Part shown: in pieces, positions 21,706-31,147 of the stretch
How the letters are laid out: every line of letters begins with the position of its first letter
Position numbering within the stretch: position 1 is the first letter of the stretch
Assembly: GCA_038831135.1 (NCBI GenBank)
Contig: JAWBKW010000007.1
Location: 2,969 to 66,968 of the forward strand
Reading direction: 5' to 3'
Length of the DNA: 64,000 nucleotides
From: Sulfolobales archaeon
Lineage (GTDB): Archaea; Thermoproteota; Thermoprotei_A; Sulfolobales; NBVN01
The notes under the pieces: generated by a model
Told to the model about the DNA's origin: nothing
What the model saw: only the letters and a program-made list of their open reading frames with translations
Database searches by the model: none
Program-made: the position numbers and the translations under genes

Positions 21706-22506
21706 GTGAGGTTAGCAAGTTGGGGTTTGGTGAAGGAGTTAATTACCGCATCAGACGTCATCTTAGAAGTAGTTGATATAAGAGATCCGATTAACACTAG
21801 GAATACTAAATTAGAATCCTTAGTAATGAATTCTGGAAAGCATTTAATAATTGTTCTTAATAAGTCTGACCTTGTACCTAAAGAAATTGCCGAGAGTTGG
21901 AAGGAGTACTTTAAATCTTTAGGTCTTAAATCCGTATACATTTCAGCAAGAGATAGAGTAGGTACTCGAATACTGCGTATTGAAATCAATAAAATAGGTA
22001 AGAGACCATTGATAGTTTCCATTATAGGATTACCTAAGGTAGGGAAGTCAACACTAATAAACACCCTTAAAGGTAAGCATTCTGCTACTACCTCTCCATT
22101 CCCCGGAAGTCCAGGATACACCCTCAAGTCTCAATTATACAGAATTGGGAAGGACTTGTATTTAATTGATACTCCAGGACTCATTCCTCCAAGAAAGGAC
22201 AATATAGAATTAATTATTAGGTCTGAGAATATAGATAAATTCGAAAATATAACTATTATTGCTGTTGAACTCATCAAGAAAATATTAAGATTTAATAAAA
22301 CAGCGTTTGTTGATGCCTACGGAATTCAGGAGGTAGACCCCTATAAAATCTTAGAGGCTTTAGCTATTAAAAGGGGTTGGATTTCTAAGAAAGGTAGGGA
22401 ACCTCTTCTTCATGAAGCAGCTAAAGCCGTTATCAGGGATTACTTCGAAGGGAAAATATCATACTATCTTAGACCTGATGATTTTAAACCACATAAGGAC
22501 TCATAA
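21706..22506 (+). CDS. Circularly permuted GTPase (YlqF/RbgA/Nog2-like ribosome biogenesis GTPase)
   Basis: G4 (NKSDL) precedes G1 (GLPKVGKSTLIN) and G3 (DTPG). Confidence 0.75.
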   Translation: MRLASWGLVKELITASDVILEVVDIRDPINTRNTKLESLVMNSGKHLIIVLNKSDLVPKEIAESWKEYFKSLGLKSVYISARDRVGTRILRIEINKIGKRPLIVSIIGLPKVGKSTLINTLKGKHSATTSPFPGSPGYTLKSQLYRIGKDLYLIDTPGLIPPRKDNIELIIRSENIDKFENITIIAVELIKKILRFNKTAFVDAYGIQEVDPYKILEALAIKRGWISKKGREPLLHEAAKAVIRDYFEGKISYYLRPDDFKPHKDS

Positions 22507-22512
22507 AGGAAA

Positions 22513-23364
22513 TCACGGTGGGTCAACTCCGTAGAATTTGACTACGTTATCTATATTTATTTTAGCTAAATAATCTTCATCAAGAACATCATCCCTGAGT
22601 AAAGCAAGCTGGTTCTCAATTATTTCCCATGGGAATGATGCCACACCTGGTCGTCTAGGATCATCTATGAAGTCACTCTCAACCATATATGTAGGAGCTA
22701 ATTTCTTAACACATTCACTTATTACCCGTGACTTACCACACACAGTGAATGTTAAACCTGCATTATTTGCTTCAACTCCCGTTTTTATATCGAGGTGATG
22801 TAAAAGTACTGAATTCCTCTTTATCGAGATTAAACTCAAAACTTCATTTAAGTCTTTAATGGTTAGTAAGCCGCCCTGTTCTAGATGTAGATGAACTATC
22901 GTATCCAATTCCCTAGCAAGTCTTAAGCCGTATCTAAGCACGACCTCATTAATTATGAAGCCCTCGGGAGAGGTTTTATAGTGGGGCCTACCAATTTCAC
23001 CTATACCGTCTAATAAACCATTTCTAATAAGAGTGCCGACATGGTCCAAAACCTTAAATGCTAAGTTAAGGGCTTCTTCATACCTTAGTATTTGAGTATT
23101 AACTATTTTTTCAAGATCGGCAGGATGTATACCGGCTAAGCACCTAACTTTAAGTCCCTCTTCTTTTGCTAACCTACACTCTCTGATAAGTATATCAATA
23201 CTTTTTACATGGCTTTCAAGGTCAAAGTTTAGACCGTAGTGGGTTGGGGGTAAAGAAATCAGCGCTATAAACCACCCACCTAAGGTCTTAAACTTTTTAG
23301 CTATATTTCTAATACCTAAACCGCTAATAGGATTTGAATGAAGGTGAGCATCTGCAAATATCAT
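22513..23364 (-). CDS. TatD-family metal-dependent hydrolase
   Basis: N-terminal motif DAHLH plus TIM-barrel hydrolase His/Asp pattern, 283 aa. Confidence 0.75.
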   Translation of the reverse strand: MIFADAHLHSNPISGLGIRNIAKKFKTLGGWFIALISLPPTHYGLNFDLESHVKSIDILIRECRLAKEEGLKVRCLAGIHPADLEKIVNTQILRYEEALNLAFKVLDHVGTLIRNGLLDGIGEIGRPHYKTSPEGFIINEVVLRYGLRLARELDTIVHLHLEQGGLLTIKDLNEVLSLISIKRNSVLLHHLDIKTGVEANNAGLTFTVCGKSRVISECVKKLAPTYMVESDFIDDPRRPGVASFPWEIIENQLALLRDDVLDEDYLAKINIDNVVKFYGVDPP

Positions 23365-23464
23365 CTATTTCACACTAATAATTTAATTAGTAAATATAAT
23401 TTTTAAATAACGATCTCTTATATCTTGTAACCACCTATACGACGCTTAAGCTACTGAGAATTGT

Positions 23465-24742
23465 TTATGCTTCTACAACCTGAATGAGTTCCTTCTGTGA
23501 TAGCTTAGTTGCCCTCATATATTTACTGCTTATATTCCTTAAGTCTCTATTCTCTCCCATAATCATCACGGTTACTAACTTTACCCCTAATGCTTTTAAT
23601 TTTCTCCTAATTAGGTGCTCAGAAACTCTATCTTCTCCATCAGTTATTAAGATTATGTCTGAGATACCTTTACTATTGCCAAAACGTATATCATCGCAGG
23701 CAGTGACTAATGCTTTAGTTATATCAGTACCACCACCGCTTTTAACCCTGGCAAGATAATCTATAAATGATAGAATTTCATTGCTTTTTAATCTCTTAGA
23801 TATTTTCACTAGTTGATGGGGTGAACCATCAAAGAATCTTATGAAGTACTCCCTTCTTTCTTTCCTAGATTTCATATATAGTGCGATAGCTGTAGCTTTT
23901 GCCCACTTAATCTTATCCCCTTCCATACTACCTGATTTATCAAGTAATACGTAAAGAGGTCCTTTACTCTCAGGTAATGCTTTATCGTAAAGCAGTAGTT
24001 TACCATCAGAGATCTTCATATTGAGGTAGAATCTAGGGTAAATAAGTTCTGTAGGTACGAGTCTTTCAATATCTGAACCTAATTCATATCCATGTAATTC
24101 TCCTCTTGAGTATTTAGTTGTTTTTCTCTTAACTTTATGGGATATTTTAGGTATCCATGAAATAACCTCCAATAACTTCCTAACATCGGTTGACTTGGCA
24201 AGTCTTAATATATCCTCGGCACTTTCTTCTAAATCTAGAGTAGTACCTACACCAGCTTCATTACCCTCGCTCAACATTCTTTCCACATTCTTTAATACGT
24301 CTCCCTCCTCCTTAACATACTTTAATGCGTTGTTAACAGCTCTTCTTAAAGCGCCCTCACTAACCTCGCTTATTTCCTGAATTCCTTCCTCGTTAGATCC
24401 TCTTCCATGGTTTAGCTCATCATTAAGGTGTTGTAAAAAACTGGCTGATAGGAGGATACTCATTAATGAGTTAACTAATGTATAATTTTTAATTTCTCTT
24501 AAAGTCTCACTTGATAATAGTTCTTTAATGATCTTATAGTTTTTTTCTTTCCCATATAGTACGTTTGTTTGTGGTATTAATGTCGGGAAAGGTAAATACA
24601 TAGTATAATATGAATCTATTGCTAGTTCTAAGTCTGTCTTTATACGTCCCTTACTAAGTCTCCAAACTATACTTGATACTTTCTCCCCACGATATATGAC
24701 TAACGGGTCCTCATATTTTATGCCTTTAAGAACTCCAGGCAT
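23465..24742 (-). CDS. von Willebrand factor A domain protein (ViaA/CoxE-like partner of MoxR ATPase)
   Basis: C-terminal VWA domain with MIDAS residues (DKSGS, GGGTDI, ITDGED). Its start ATG shares one nucleotide with the stop of the upstream ATPase (TAATG). Confidence 0.8.
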   Translation of the reverse strand: MPGVLKGIKYEDPLVIYRGEKVSSIVWRLSKGRIKTDLELAIDSYYTMYLPFPTLIPQTNVLYGKEKNYKIIKELLSSETLREIKNYTLVNSLMSILLSASFLQHLNDELNHGRGSNEEGIQEISEVSEGALRRAVNNALKYVKEEGDVLKNVERMLSEGNEAGVGTTLDLEESAEDILRLAKSTDVRKLLEVISWIPKISHKVKRKTTKYSRGELHGYELGSDIERLVPTELIYPRFYLNMKISDGKLLLYDKALPESKGPLYVLLDKSGSMEGDKIKWAKATAIALYMKSRKERREYFIRFFDGSPHQLVKISKRLKSNEILSFIDYLARVKSGGGTDITKALVTACDDIRFGNSKGISDIILITDGEDRVSEHLIRRKLKALGVKLVTVMIMGENRDLRNISSKYMRATKLSQKELIQVVEA

Positions 24743-27033
24743 TAAGTAACTCTACCTCTTATCATTTCCATAGCCGTGTCTATCAGTCCTATGACCTCGT
24801 TAGCCACCTTCTCAACATCTTTATTGCTGCTTTCAAGCATTAGACTAATAACTCTCTCCTTAGTTATTTCTAGGTCTCTATATATTTCCCTAAACCTCAT
24901 CTCAACAAACCTGGACTCAACATTACGTAACGAGGAAACGTAGTTAAGTATTTCCTTAACATTTACCTTAATCTCATTGAGCTCCCTCAAATACTTATAT
25001 GGAGTCTTAAGCTCTTCCGAGAGTATAGTATTAACTTTATCTAGTTCCTCCTGATCTCTTGGAACAACATATTTAATTACTATTAAATCATCTTCGTTTG
25101 CTATGGTCCTACCATTCATCATCGCGTGTGCCGCTATTACCTTCATAGTTTTTCCTTTCCTTCTATCAGTTACATGTATACCTCTTCCTTCTAAGACCGC
25201 AAGCAGTTTAACGTATTTACTCTTTATGTTATCTGTGTTTACGTTTAAAACCATTTTATGTAGTTCTCTTAGGTCGTTAATTGTCATTATTTTAGGTTCT
25301 TTACCATATTCATTAGTTAGGCTCGACTTAATTTCCAGATTCCAAGATTTGCTTAGTAGGTCATGCCATAAGTCCTCACTAATTGGTTTTACAAAGTGTC
25401 TTATTGTGAACCTATCGTAGAAGGCTTCTGTTTCAGGTTCGTCAGGTACTTCATTACTTGCACCAAATAAGCTCCAAAGAGGTACTTTTATCTCATTGTA
25501 TCCGTCATATAAGATCCTTTCCTGAAGTATAGTATTTAATGAATTAAGTATTGCTGAATTAGCCTTAAAAATCTCATCCAAGAACGCTATATCAGCTTCA
25601 GGCAATTTACCATACGTTATTCTAATATACTTTCCTTCATGTAGCGCCCTTATGTCGAGAGGTCCGAAGATTTCAGCAGGTTCAGTAAATCGCGTCAATA
25701 AGTACTTAAAGAATTTAGCATCGAGTAGGTCAGCGGCTCTACGTACAAGGGCTGATTTAGCGGTATTGTGTGAAAGCAATCCATTCGTAAAGAATGCATG
25801 TGTATAAGGTACGTAGAAATCGTAAACTATGAAATGACCATGAATAAGCTCAATCTCACTCACTGAGTCAAAGATAAAGCCCCTATTATCGTTCCAGCTT
25901 CCTTCATAATTGGTATCTTCATTTAATAGTTTTAATAAGGAAGCTAATTCATCATTTTTATTTCTAGAAATAAAACCTATCTCATAATAAAACTTCCTAA
26001 GATGGTCTTTCTCATAAATTTCTAAGATACTCGTGCAATTTAGTCTGTTTCTCTCATTGTTGAAACAATTAGTATGCATAATTCGTGCAATTATCCCATG
26101 TCTCAGTAATAGTACTTGAACCTCTCTTAGCGTACTAATCTTAAGATTTTTTAAAAGTATGCTGATACCACTTAATTCTCCACAAGTCTCGAATAACGCT
26201 CTCAAAAAAGCTGCAGAAACTTTCTTAGGTGACTCTAAAACAAATCTTGGGATACGTTCCTTCATATCACTATGGGTTAGCACTCTAATTAATTTATGGA
26301 GATAAGGACTGTATATCTTAACTTTTTCTCCTACAACCTTATAATGTCTGTAAGTTTCTTTCTCTAAATCAGTTATAGAGTCTTTACCAACTATTTTAGT
26401 AATTAGGTCGACGACATGTTTAGCGAGAGAGTCTTCATTAACCTTAAAATAGAATTCCACATAGTCGTCTCCAAGTCGTCCCCGAGTAAAGTATATTCCA
26501 AGTAATTCACTTAACGATTCATCGAATAATATATAGGGAACATCTAGTGGTTCGTTATTACGCATTACACCCTTCAAGTCTATTTTAACTAATTCTACGG
26601 GTGATGGAAGCTTAGAAAATAGTTTAATTCGATCATTAGGTTTTAATGCTTTGGCTTCTACCCAACCCTTATCAGTCATTATTGGATGGTTAGGAGTTAC
26701 TACTAAAGAAAAACCTAAATCAGAAGTTACTCTAACTAAATCAGTTACTCTGTAGATATGGAGCTGGGTAGCATTTGCCGAGGGAAAAACCGGGAAAGTA
26801 GTACTGTAAACACCTGTGGGGAGTCCATAAGCTATATCATTGATGTGATATAACCTCCCATCAGAGCTACTTATTAATGTATCTCCAACAACACAACCTG
26901 GTTCACCTATGAACGTACAATGTTCTCTCGATAAAAGAGTCAATACCACGACTTTAGCCTCTTCGTCACGTCCTATAAAGGGTTCCTTAAGGACCTCTAA
27001 AAACGTTCCCAACTTATCAATCAATTCACTCAT
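24742..27033 (-). CDS. MoxR/RavA-like AAA+ ATPase, intein-containing precursor
   Basis: Exteins read GEPG / TAKS (Walker A), FLDEIFKANSAILNSLNTILQER (Walker B/sensor region). A 377-aa insert carries intein hallmarks. Confidence 0.85.
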   Translation of the reverse strand: MSELIDKLGTFLEVLKEPFIGRDEEAKVVVLTLLSREHCTFIGEPGCVVGDTLISSSDGRLYHINDIAYGLPTGVYSTTFPVFPSANATQLHIYRVTDLVRVTSDLGFSLVVTPNHPIMTDKGWVEAKALKPNDRIKLFSKLPSPVELVKIDLKGVMRNNEPLDVPYILFDESLSELLGIYFTRGRLGDDYVEFYFKVNEDSLAKHVVDLITKIVGKDSITDLEKETYRHYKVVGEKVKIYSPYLHKLIRVLTHSDMKERIPRFVLESPKKVSAAFLRALFETCGELSGISILLKNLKISTLREVQVLLLRHGIIARIMHTNCFNNERNRLNCTSILEIYEKDHLRKFYYEIGFISRNKNDELASLLKLLNEDTNYEGSWNDNRGFIFDSVSEIELIHGHFIVYDFYVPYTHAFFTNGLLSHNTAKSALVRRAADLLDAKFFKYLLTRFTEPAEIFGPLDIRALHEGKYIRITYGKLPEADIAFLDEIFKANSAILNSLNTILQERILYDGYNEIKVPLWSLFGASNEVPDEPETEAFYDRFTIRHFVKPISEDLWHDLLSKSWNLEIKSSLTNEYGKEPKIMTINDLRELHKMVLNVNTDNIKSKYVKLLAVLEGRGIHVTDRRKGKTMKVIAAHAMMNGRTIANEDDLIVIKYVVPRDQEELDKVNTILSEELKTPYKYLRELNEIKVNVKEILNYVSSLRNVESRFVEMRFREIYRDLEITKERVISLMLESSNKDVEKVANEVIGLIDTAMEMIRGRVT
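25765..26895 (-). mobile_element. Intein with LAGLIDADG homing-endonuclease domain (residues 47-423 of the ATPase precursor)
   Basis: Starts at Cys (CVVGDTLISS) and has block B TPNHPIM. It carries two LAGLIDADG-like motifs (LLGIYFTRGRLG; FLRALFETCGE) and ends with SHN followed by Thr +1. Confidence 0.8.
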
Positions 27034-27129
27034 TATTTAAACCTCGTAACTTCAGTAAATTTGATTGCTGCAAACCTTAAAAATCTAGGTAATTAAGATT
27101 AAAAACCTAAATTATAATAAAAGTTGATT

Positions 27130-27206
27130 GGGGCCGTAGTTTAGCTTGGCAGAATGCAGGGCTTGGGCCCCTGTGGTCCGGGGTTCAAATCCCCGCGGCC
27201 CCACCA
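27130..27206 (+). tRNA. tRNA-Pro(UGG): tRNA-Pro (anticodon UGG), CCA encoded, no intron
   Basis: Manual cloverleaf. The acceptor GGGGCCG/CGGCCCC and anticodon stem CAGGG/CCCTG pair fully. The anticodon loop is CTTGGGC and the T arm is CGGGG-TTCAAAT-CCCCG, followed by A73 and CCA. Confidence 0.9.
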
Positions 27207-27743
27207 TCACCTACTAATACTCCTAAGAAAATCGTTAGCTAAGCATCTAAGCAAATTAATACCTTGCAGATATGTTCCTGGAAGTAGCTTATTAGCGTCC
27301 TCGTAGTTTGCAGGACATGTAGTAATTACTATACATCCATTGATGAATTGTGTCGGTAGATGATAAGATGCGATAACTTCAAACAATCTTATAAGATCAT
27401 TCTCATTAATTAACCAACTTTCAGAAATTAGTGAATAGACCTTAATTACACATGCGGAACACCTATCATTGAAGTATCTATATATCTCCGTGCATAGGTC
27501 TCCTAATACTTCATCAATATCGTGAATTCTGACAGGTTCATCGGATGGGCAGAAATTAATTGAAGGTATTTCAAAATCTTTAACTCTTGATAATTCATTT
27601 ACGATATGGTTAAGGTTAGTCTCTCTCCCCCCTATGTAGAGGTAAGGACCCCTTAAAGATGCACCATTCTTGAGAAGAATGTAAAATAAGGTGAGACTTA
27701 TTTTTAATTCGCCATCCTCCAAGATCCTTAGCTTGAACTCCAT
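27207..27743 (-). CDS. Hypothetical Cys-rich protein
   Basis: 178-aa ORF with CSAC and C-x6-C motifs and no recognised family. Its stop codon abuts the tRNA 3' CCA. Confidence 0.4.
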   Translation of the reverse strand: MEFKLRILEDGELKISLTLFYILLKNGASLRGPYLYIGGRETNLNHIVNELSRVKDFEIPSINFCPSDEPVRIHDIDEVLGDLCTEIYRYFNDRCSACVIKVYSLISESWLINENDLIRLFEVIASYHLPTQFINGCIVITTCPANYEDANKLLPGTYLQGINLLRCLANDFLRSISR

Positions 27744-27860
27744 AGATTACACTTACTTATCGTTGATGTAGCTTAATATTACTTTCGCTTAGCTCTCTAA
27801 GCACTCCTCTTACATATTCCTATATATAAACCCTATGATTAAGTAGGTTCGGTGCGTTTA

Positions 27861-28034
27861 ATGAGGGTTATTACGTTTAAGTTGTCAGAAGAGGCTATAG
27901 AGGCTGTGGATAGATATGCATTAGAGCATCGAATGACAAGGTCCGAGGTCATTAGACTCGCTATTGGTCGCCTAATAAATTCTTACGAAACTAATTACAA
28001 AACAATCAAGGTTAGAAGGTTAGTAATCAGGTAA
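27861..28034 (+). CDS. Ribbon-helix-helix (CopG/Arc/MetJ-type) DNA-binding protein
   Basis: Sequence MRVITFKLSEEAIEAVDRYALEHRMTRSEVIRLAIGRLI fits the beta-alpha-alpha RHH pattern. ATG at 27861 is preferred over GTG at 27852. Confidence 0.6.
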   Translation: MRVITFKLSEEAIEAVDRYALEHRMTRSEVIRLAIGRLINSYETNYKTIKVRRLVIR

Positions 28035-28146
28035 TATCAGATTTATTTTTATGTCACTCCAAATATCTTATGATTGATTAATGGAGATCAGTTGGGGATT
28101 CTGCATTCATTGATCATCAGCGGTAGATTTCCTCATCTCTTCTAGT

Positions 28147-29376
28147 TTAATCTATTATGTCCTTCCCGCTTATTAAATTGTTGACACATTCACGCATTCT
28201 CTCAATACCTTCATCGATAGTTGTTATATCAACTGCAAAACTTAATCTTATGAAGTCCTTACCGAATTTGTCGGGGAATGCGGTGCCTGGAAGAACTACA
28301 ACACCATACTTCATCAGTAAATGATTTACGAATTTTTCGACATCTATTTTACATTTATTGAGTATTTTACTCACATTCGGGAACGTATAGAACGCCCCCT
28401 TACTGTTCCATACCTCTATACCTTCAATATCATTAAGTTTGCTGCAAATGAGGTCCCTTCTCTTCTTAAAGATTTCAATCATTTTCTTGATATCGGCCTC
28501 AGACTTTTGGAGGGCAGCTACAGCAGCTTTTTGAACGAAGCTGGTGGTGCAACTGTATAGGTTTACCGCTAATACGCTCAGTCTTGGAATTACTTCCTTT
28601 CTCGCAATAACGTATCCTAATCTCCATCCAGTCATAGAGTATGTTTTTGAGAATCCGTTGACATAGACTACATAATCTCTCCAGTCAGGGAATGATAGGA
28701 ATGATTTAAACTTAACGTTGTCATATATGAAGTGGTCATATATTTCGTCGGACAAGACTATAATGTTTTTCCTTCTAATAATTTCCATTATCTGCTCTAT
28801 CTCGTTTTCGCTGAACAGCGCTCCAGTAGGATTATGGGGATTATTAATAACGATCATCTTAGTCTTGGATGTAATGGCGCTCTCTATAGCTTCTAGATTT
28901 AGTTTAAAACCTCCGTCCTTTCCTAACCATTTAAGGGGTACGTGTACTGGTTTAGCACCTACGAACTTCGCTATCTCCGGATATGCTGGGAAGGAAGGCT
29001 CGGGTATGATGATCTCATCTCCTTCCCTCAAATATGCAGATATTGCTAGGAATAACGCACATTTAGCCCCTGGTGTTGCCACAATTTCAGAGGGTTTGAC
29101 ATCACAACCATACCTACTGTTTAGGTAAGTACTTATAGCTTCTCTTAATTCGTAGATACCGGTTGTTTCAGTATATCCGGTAAATTTAGAATCTAGGGCT
29201 TCCTTAGCGGCATCAATTATATGACTAAATGTTGGGATATCGGGTTGACCTATACCAAAGTTATATATCTTAGCACCTTTACTGGCTAATTCCTTAGCTT
29301 TAGCTAAATATGCAAAAGCCGCCTCTCCACCTAATTCATTAAGTATTTCCCTAGTATTAAGTGTCGGGGCAGGCAA
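28147..29376 (-). CDS. Class I/II pyridoxal-phosphate aminotransferase (aspartate aminotransferase-like)
   Basis: Contains NPHNPTG and the SFSKTYSMTGWRLGY lysine motif, 409 aa, TTG start. Confidence 0.85.
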   Translation of the reverse strand: MPAPTLNTREILNELGGEAAFAYLAKAKELASKGAKIYNFGIGQPDIPTFSHIIDAAKEALDSKFTGYTETTGIYELREAISTYLNSRYGCDVKPSEIVATPGAKCALFLAISAYLREGDEIIIPEPSFPAYPEIAKFVGAKPVHVPLKWLGKDGGFKLNLEAIESAITSKTKMIVINNPHNPTGALFSENEIEQIMEIIRRKNIIVLSDEIYDHFIYDNVKFKSFLSFPDWRDYVVYVNGFSKTYSMTGWRLGYVIARKEVIPRLSVLAVNLYSCTTSFVQKAAVAALQKSEADIKKMIEIFKKRRDLICSKLNDIEGIEVWNSKGAFYTFPNVSKILNKCKIDVEKFVNHLLMKYGVVVLPGTAFPDKFGKDFIRLSFAVDITTIDEGIERMRECVNNLISGKDIID

Positions 29377-29523
29377 CTACTCACACACCTAATAACTAAT
29401 AAAACTTAGTTTAAATATGTATTGTGAAAGATTAGGGATTTATTCTAAGGTGTTTTGTAAAAATATGTAAGATATTGATATGCTTTAGACTTAAAAATTT
29501 GGAGAATATATATTCATGAAGAT

Positions 29524-30138
29524 ATGATGGAGATCAAAGGCTTCCATGACATAATCTTGAGTAGGAGAAGTATAAGATGGTTTAGACATGATGCATTACC
29601 TGATGATGTATTATATAAGATTTTAGAGTGTGGTGTAAAAGCTCCCAATGCGGGTGGTTCAGAACCCTGGTTCTTTATAGTAGTTAAGGATAGAAAATTA
29701 AGGGATGAAATACATAAATTACTTTTAGAGGCGCATAAGTTTTACGCCACTTTGGCGCTTAAAGAGCCTTTGCCGCAAGATAAGGTCGATAAATGGTTAA
29801 GTAGAATTAATGAAGGGATGTACTACGCTCCTGTCTACATAGCTGCCTATGCAGATTTCAGACGTAGAACGCATAACGAACAATTCATAAATGTTGAAAA
29901 GATATTAGTTACGCAATCTGTTGCTGCAGCCATTGAAAATATATTACTAGCAGCTCATGCATTAGGTATAGGATCAGTATGGTTAGGGGTACCCCTCCTT
30001 ATGCGCGAAGAGTTTGATAGAGTTTTACAACCTCCTGAGGAATGCGAGCTTCAAGCAATTATCGCACTTGGTTATCCTTCGGAAACCCCTAGAGCTCGTT
30101 CCAGAAGGATTATCGACGAAGTTGTAAAATTTATTTAG
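29524..30138 (+). CDS. Nitroreductase family protein
   Basis: Contains RRSIRWF, APNAGGSEPW and IALGYP motifs. Confidence 0.8.
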   Translation: MMEIKGFHDIILSRRSIRWFRHDALPDDVLYKILECGVKAPNAGGSEPWFFIVVKDRKLRDEIHKLLLEAHKFYATLALKEPLPQDKVDKWLSRINEGMYYAPVYIAAYADFRRRTHNEQFINVEKILVTQSVAAAIENILLAAHALGIGSVWLGVPLLMREEFDRVLQPPEECELQAIIALGYPSETPRARSRRIIDEVVKFI

Positions 30139-30143
30139 CCTTA

Positions 30144-30170
30144 GAATAAGTCTTCCATAAAGACTCATTC
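30144..30170 (+). terminator. Hairpin just after the nitroreductase stop
   Basis: GAATAAGTCTT-ccata-AAGACTCATTC, 11-bp stem with one mismatch. Confidence 0.25.
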
Positions 30171-30471
30171 AACTCTAGTTAAGTATTTGTTTAAGATGCG
30201 GTAAAATGAAGAAACTCAATTAGATAGACGTAATGAGGGCTATAAAATCAAAGTAATTAAAATCGTGCCATACGAATTTATTTTTAAATAATAGATAAAC
30301 ATATAATATTTATCTTTATAATTAGTTACGAAATTTTTAGGAAATATGGATGAAGGTATTCGGTTGTTAACTTATTGTATTTTCTTTCGATACGTTGTAC
30401 TTTATGGTTGTGGAACAATTATTTTTATTTAATTCATTGCGTAGGAATTCTATAGAGTAAGGTGATTAGGC

Positions 30472-31095
30472 ATCAAGTATGTCTATATATCATGGGATGA
30501 TGCAGTTAAACTATCTTATAAATTAGCTTTGAAGGTTGCTGAAAGTAGTTATCTACCAGAAGCTATAGTAGCTGTTTCTAGAGGTGGTTTAGTGCCGGCT
30601 AGGATTGTTAGCGATCTTATGAATATTGATGAGGTTCATAGTATTAAGGCTAGTTTATGGGGTGTAGGTGGTAGAGTCTCTAATGAGGTACTTCTTTATA
30701 ATGTTGAGTTACCAGTGAAAAATAAGAAGGTGTTAATAGTTGATGATGTTGTTGATAGTGGTTTGACTTTAAATAAAATAGTGGGTTATATTAGGGAATT
30801 CGGACCTGCGGATGTTAGAACCGCCGTACTTCATATAAAACCTTCATCTAAATACCTACCTAATTACTATGTAAGTAAATTGGATGAGTGGTTATGGATT
30901 ATCTATCCTTGGACCTTTTACGAAGTTATGTATGCGATTCTCTATAAACACTATGGATGTAAGGTTAGGCACTTAGACGTTGATGTGTTAGTTAAGGAGT
31001 TCGGCAATGTTACTGGTGTTGAATTAATTAGTTATTCTCAGGAGTTATTGGAGGTAGCAAGAAAACATTACTTAGATACATTGTGTAGGGAATGA
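30472..31095 (+). CDS. Phosphoribosyltransferase (purine PRTase-like, COG2236-type); probable ATC start
   Basis: PRPP loop VLIVDDVVDSGLT. The N-terminal motif YVYISWDDAVKLSYKLA (compare the paralog at 61629..62240) lies upstream of the track TTG at 30529. Confidence 0.75.
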   Translation: MKYVYISWDDAVKLSYKLALKVAESSYLPEAIVAVSRGGLVPARIVSDLMNIDEVHSIKASLWGVGGRVSNEVLLYNVELPVKNKKVLIVDDVVDSGLTLNKIVGYIREFGPADVRTAVLHIKPSSKYLPNYYVSKLDEWLWIIYPWTFYEVMYAILYKHYGCKVRHLDVDVLVKEFGNVTGVELISYSQELLEVARKHYLDTLCRE

Positions 31096-31147
31096 AGTAT
31101 TAGTAACCTATTTATGGTTAAGCATAATATGTTCTAAAGGGTCAGCA

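Noticed and set aside
21690-22127. 145-aa minus-strand ORF.
   Set aside because: It lies antisense to the GTPase gene, which carries ordered G4-G1-G3 motifs.
27207-29500. Direct repeat of the tRNA-Pro 3' half, which would mark an integrated element boundary.
   Set aside because: By eye I found no copy of GGGTTCAAATCCCCG or a substantial part of it downstream. No integrase gene is present.
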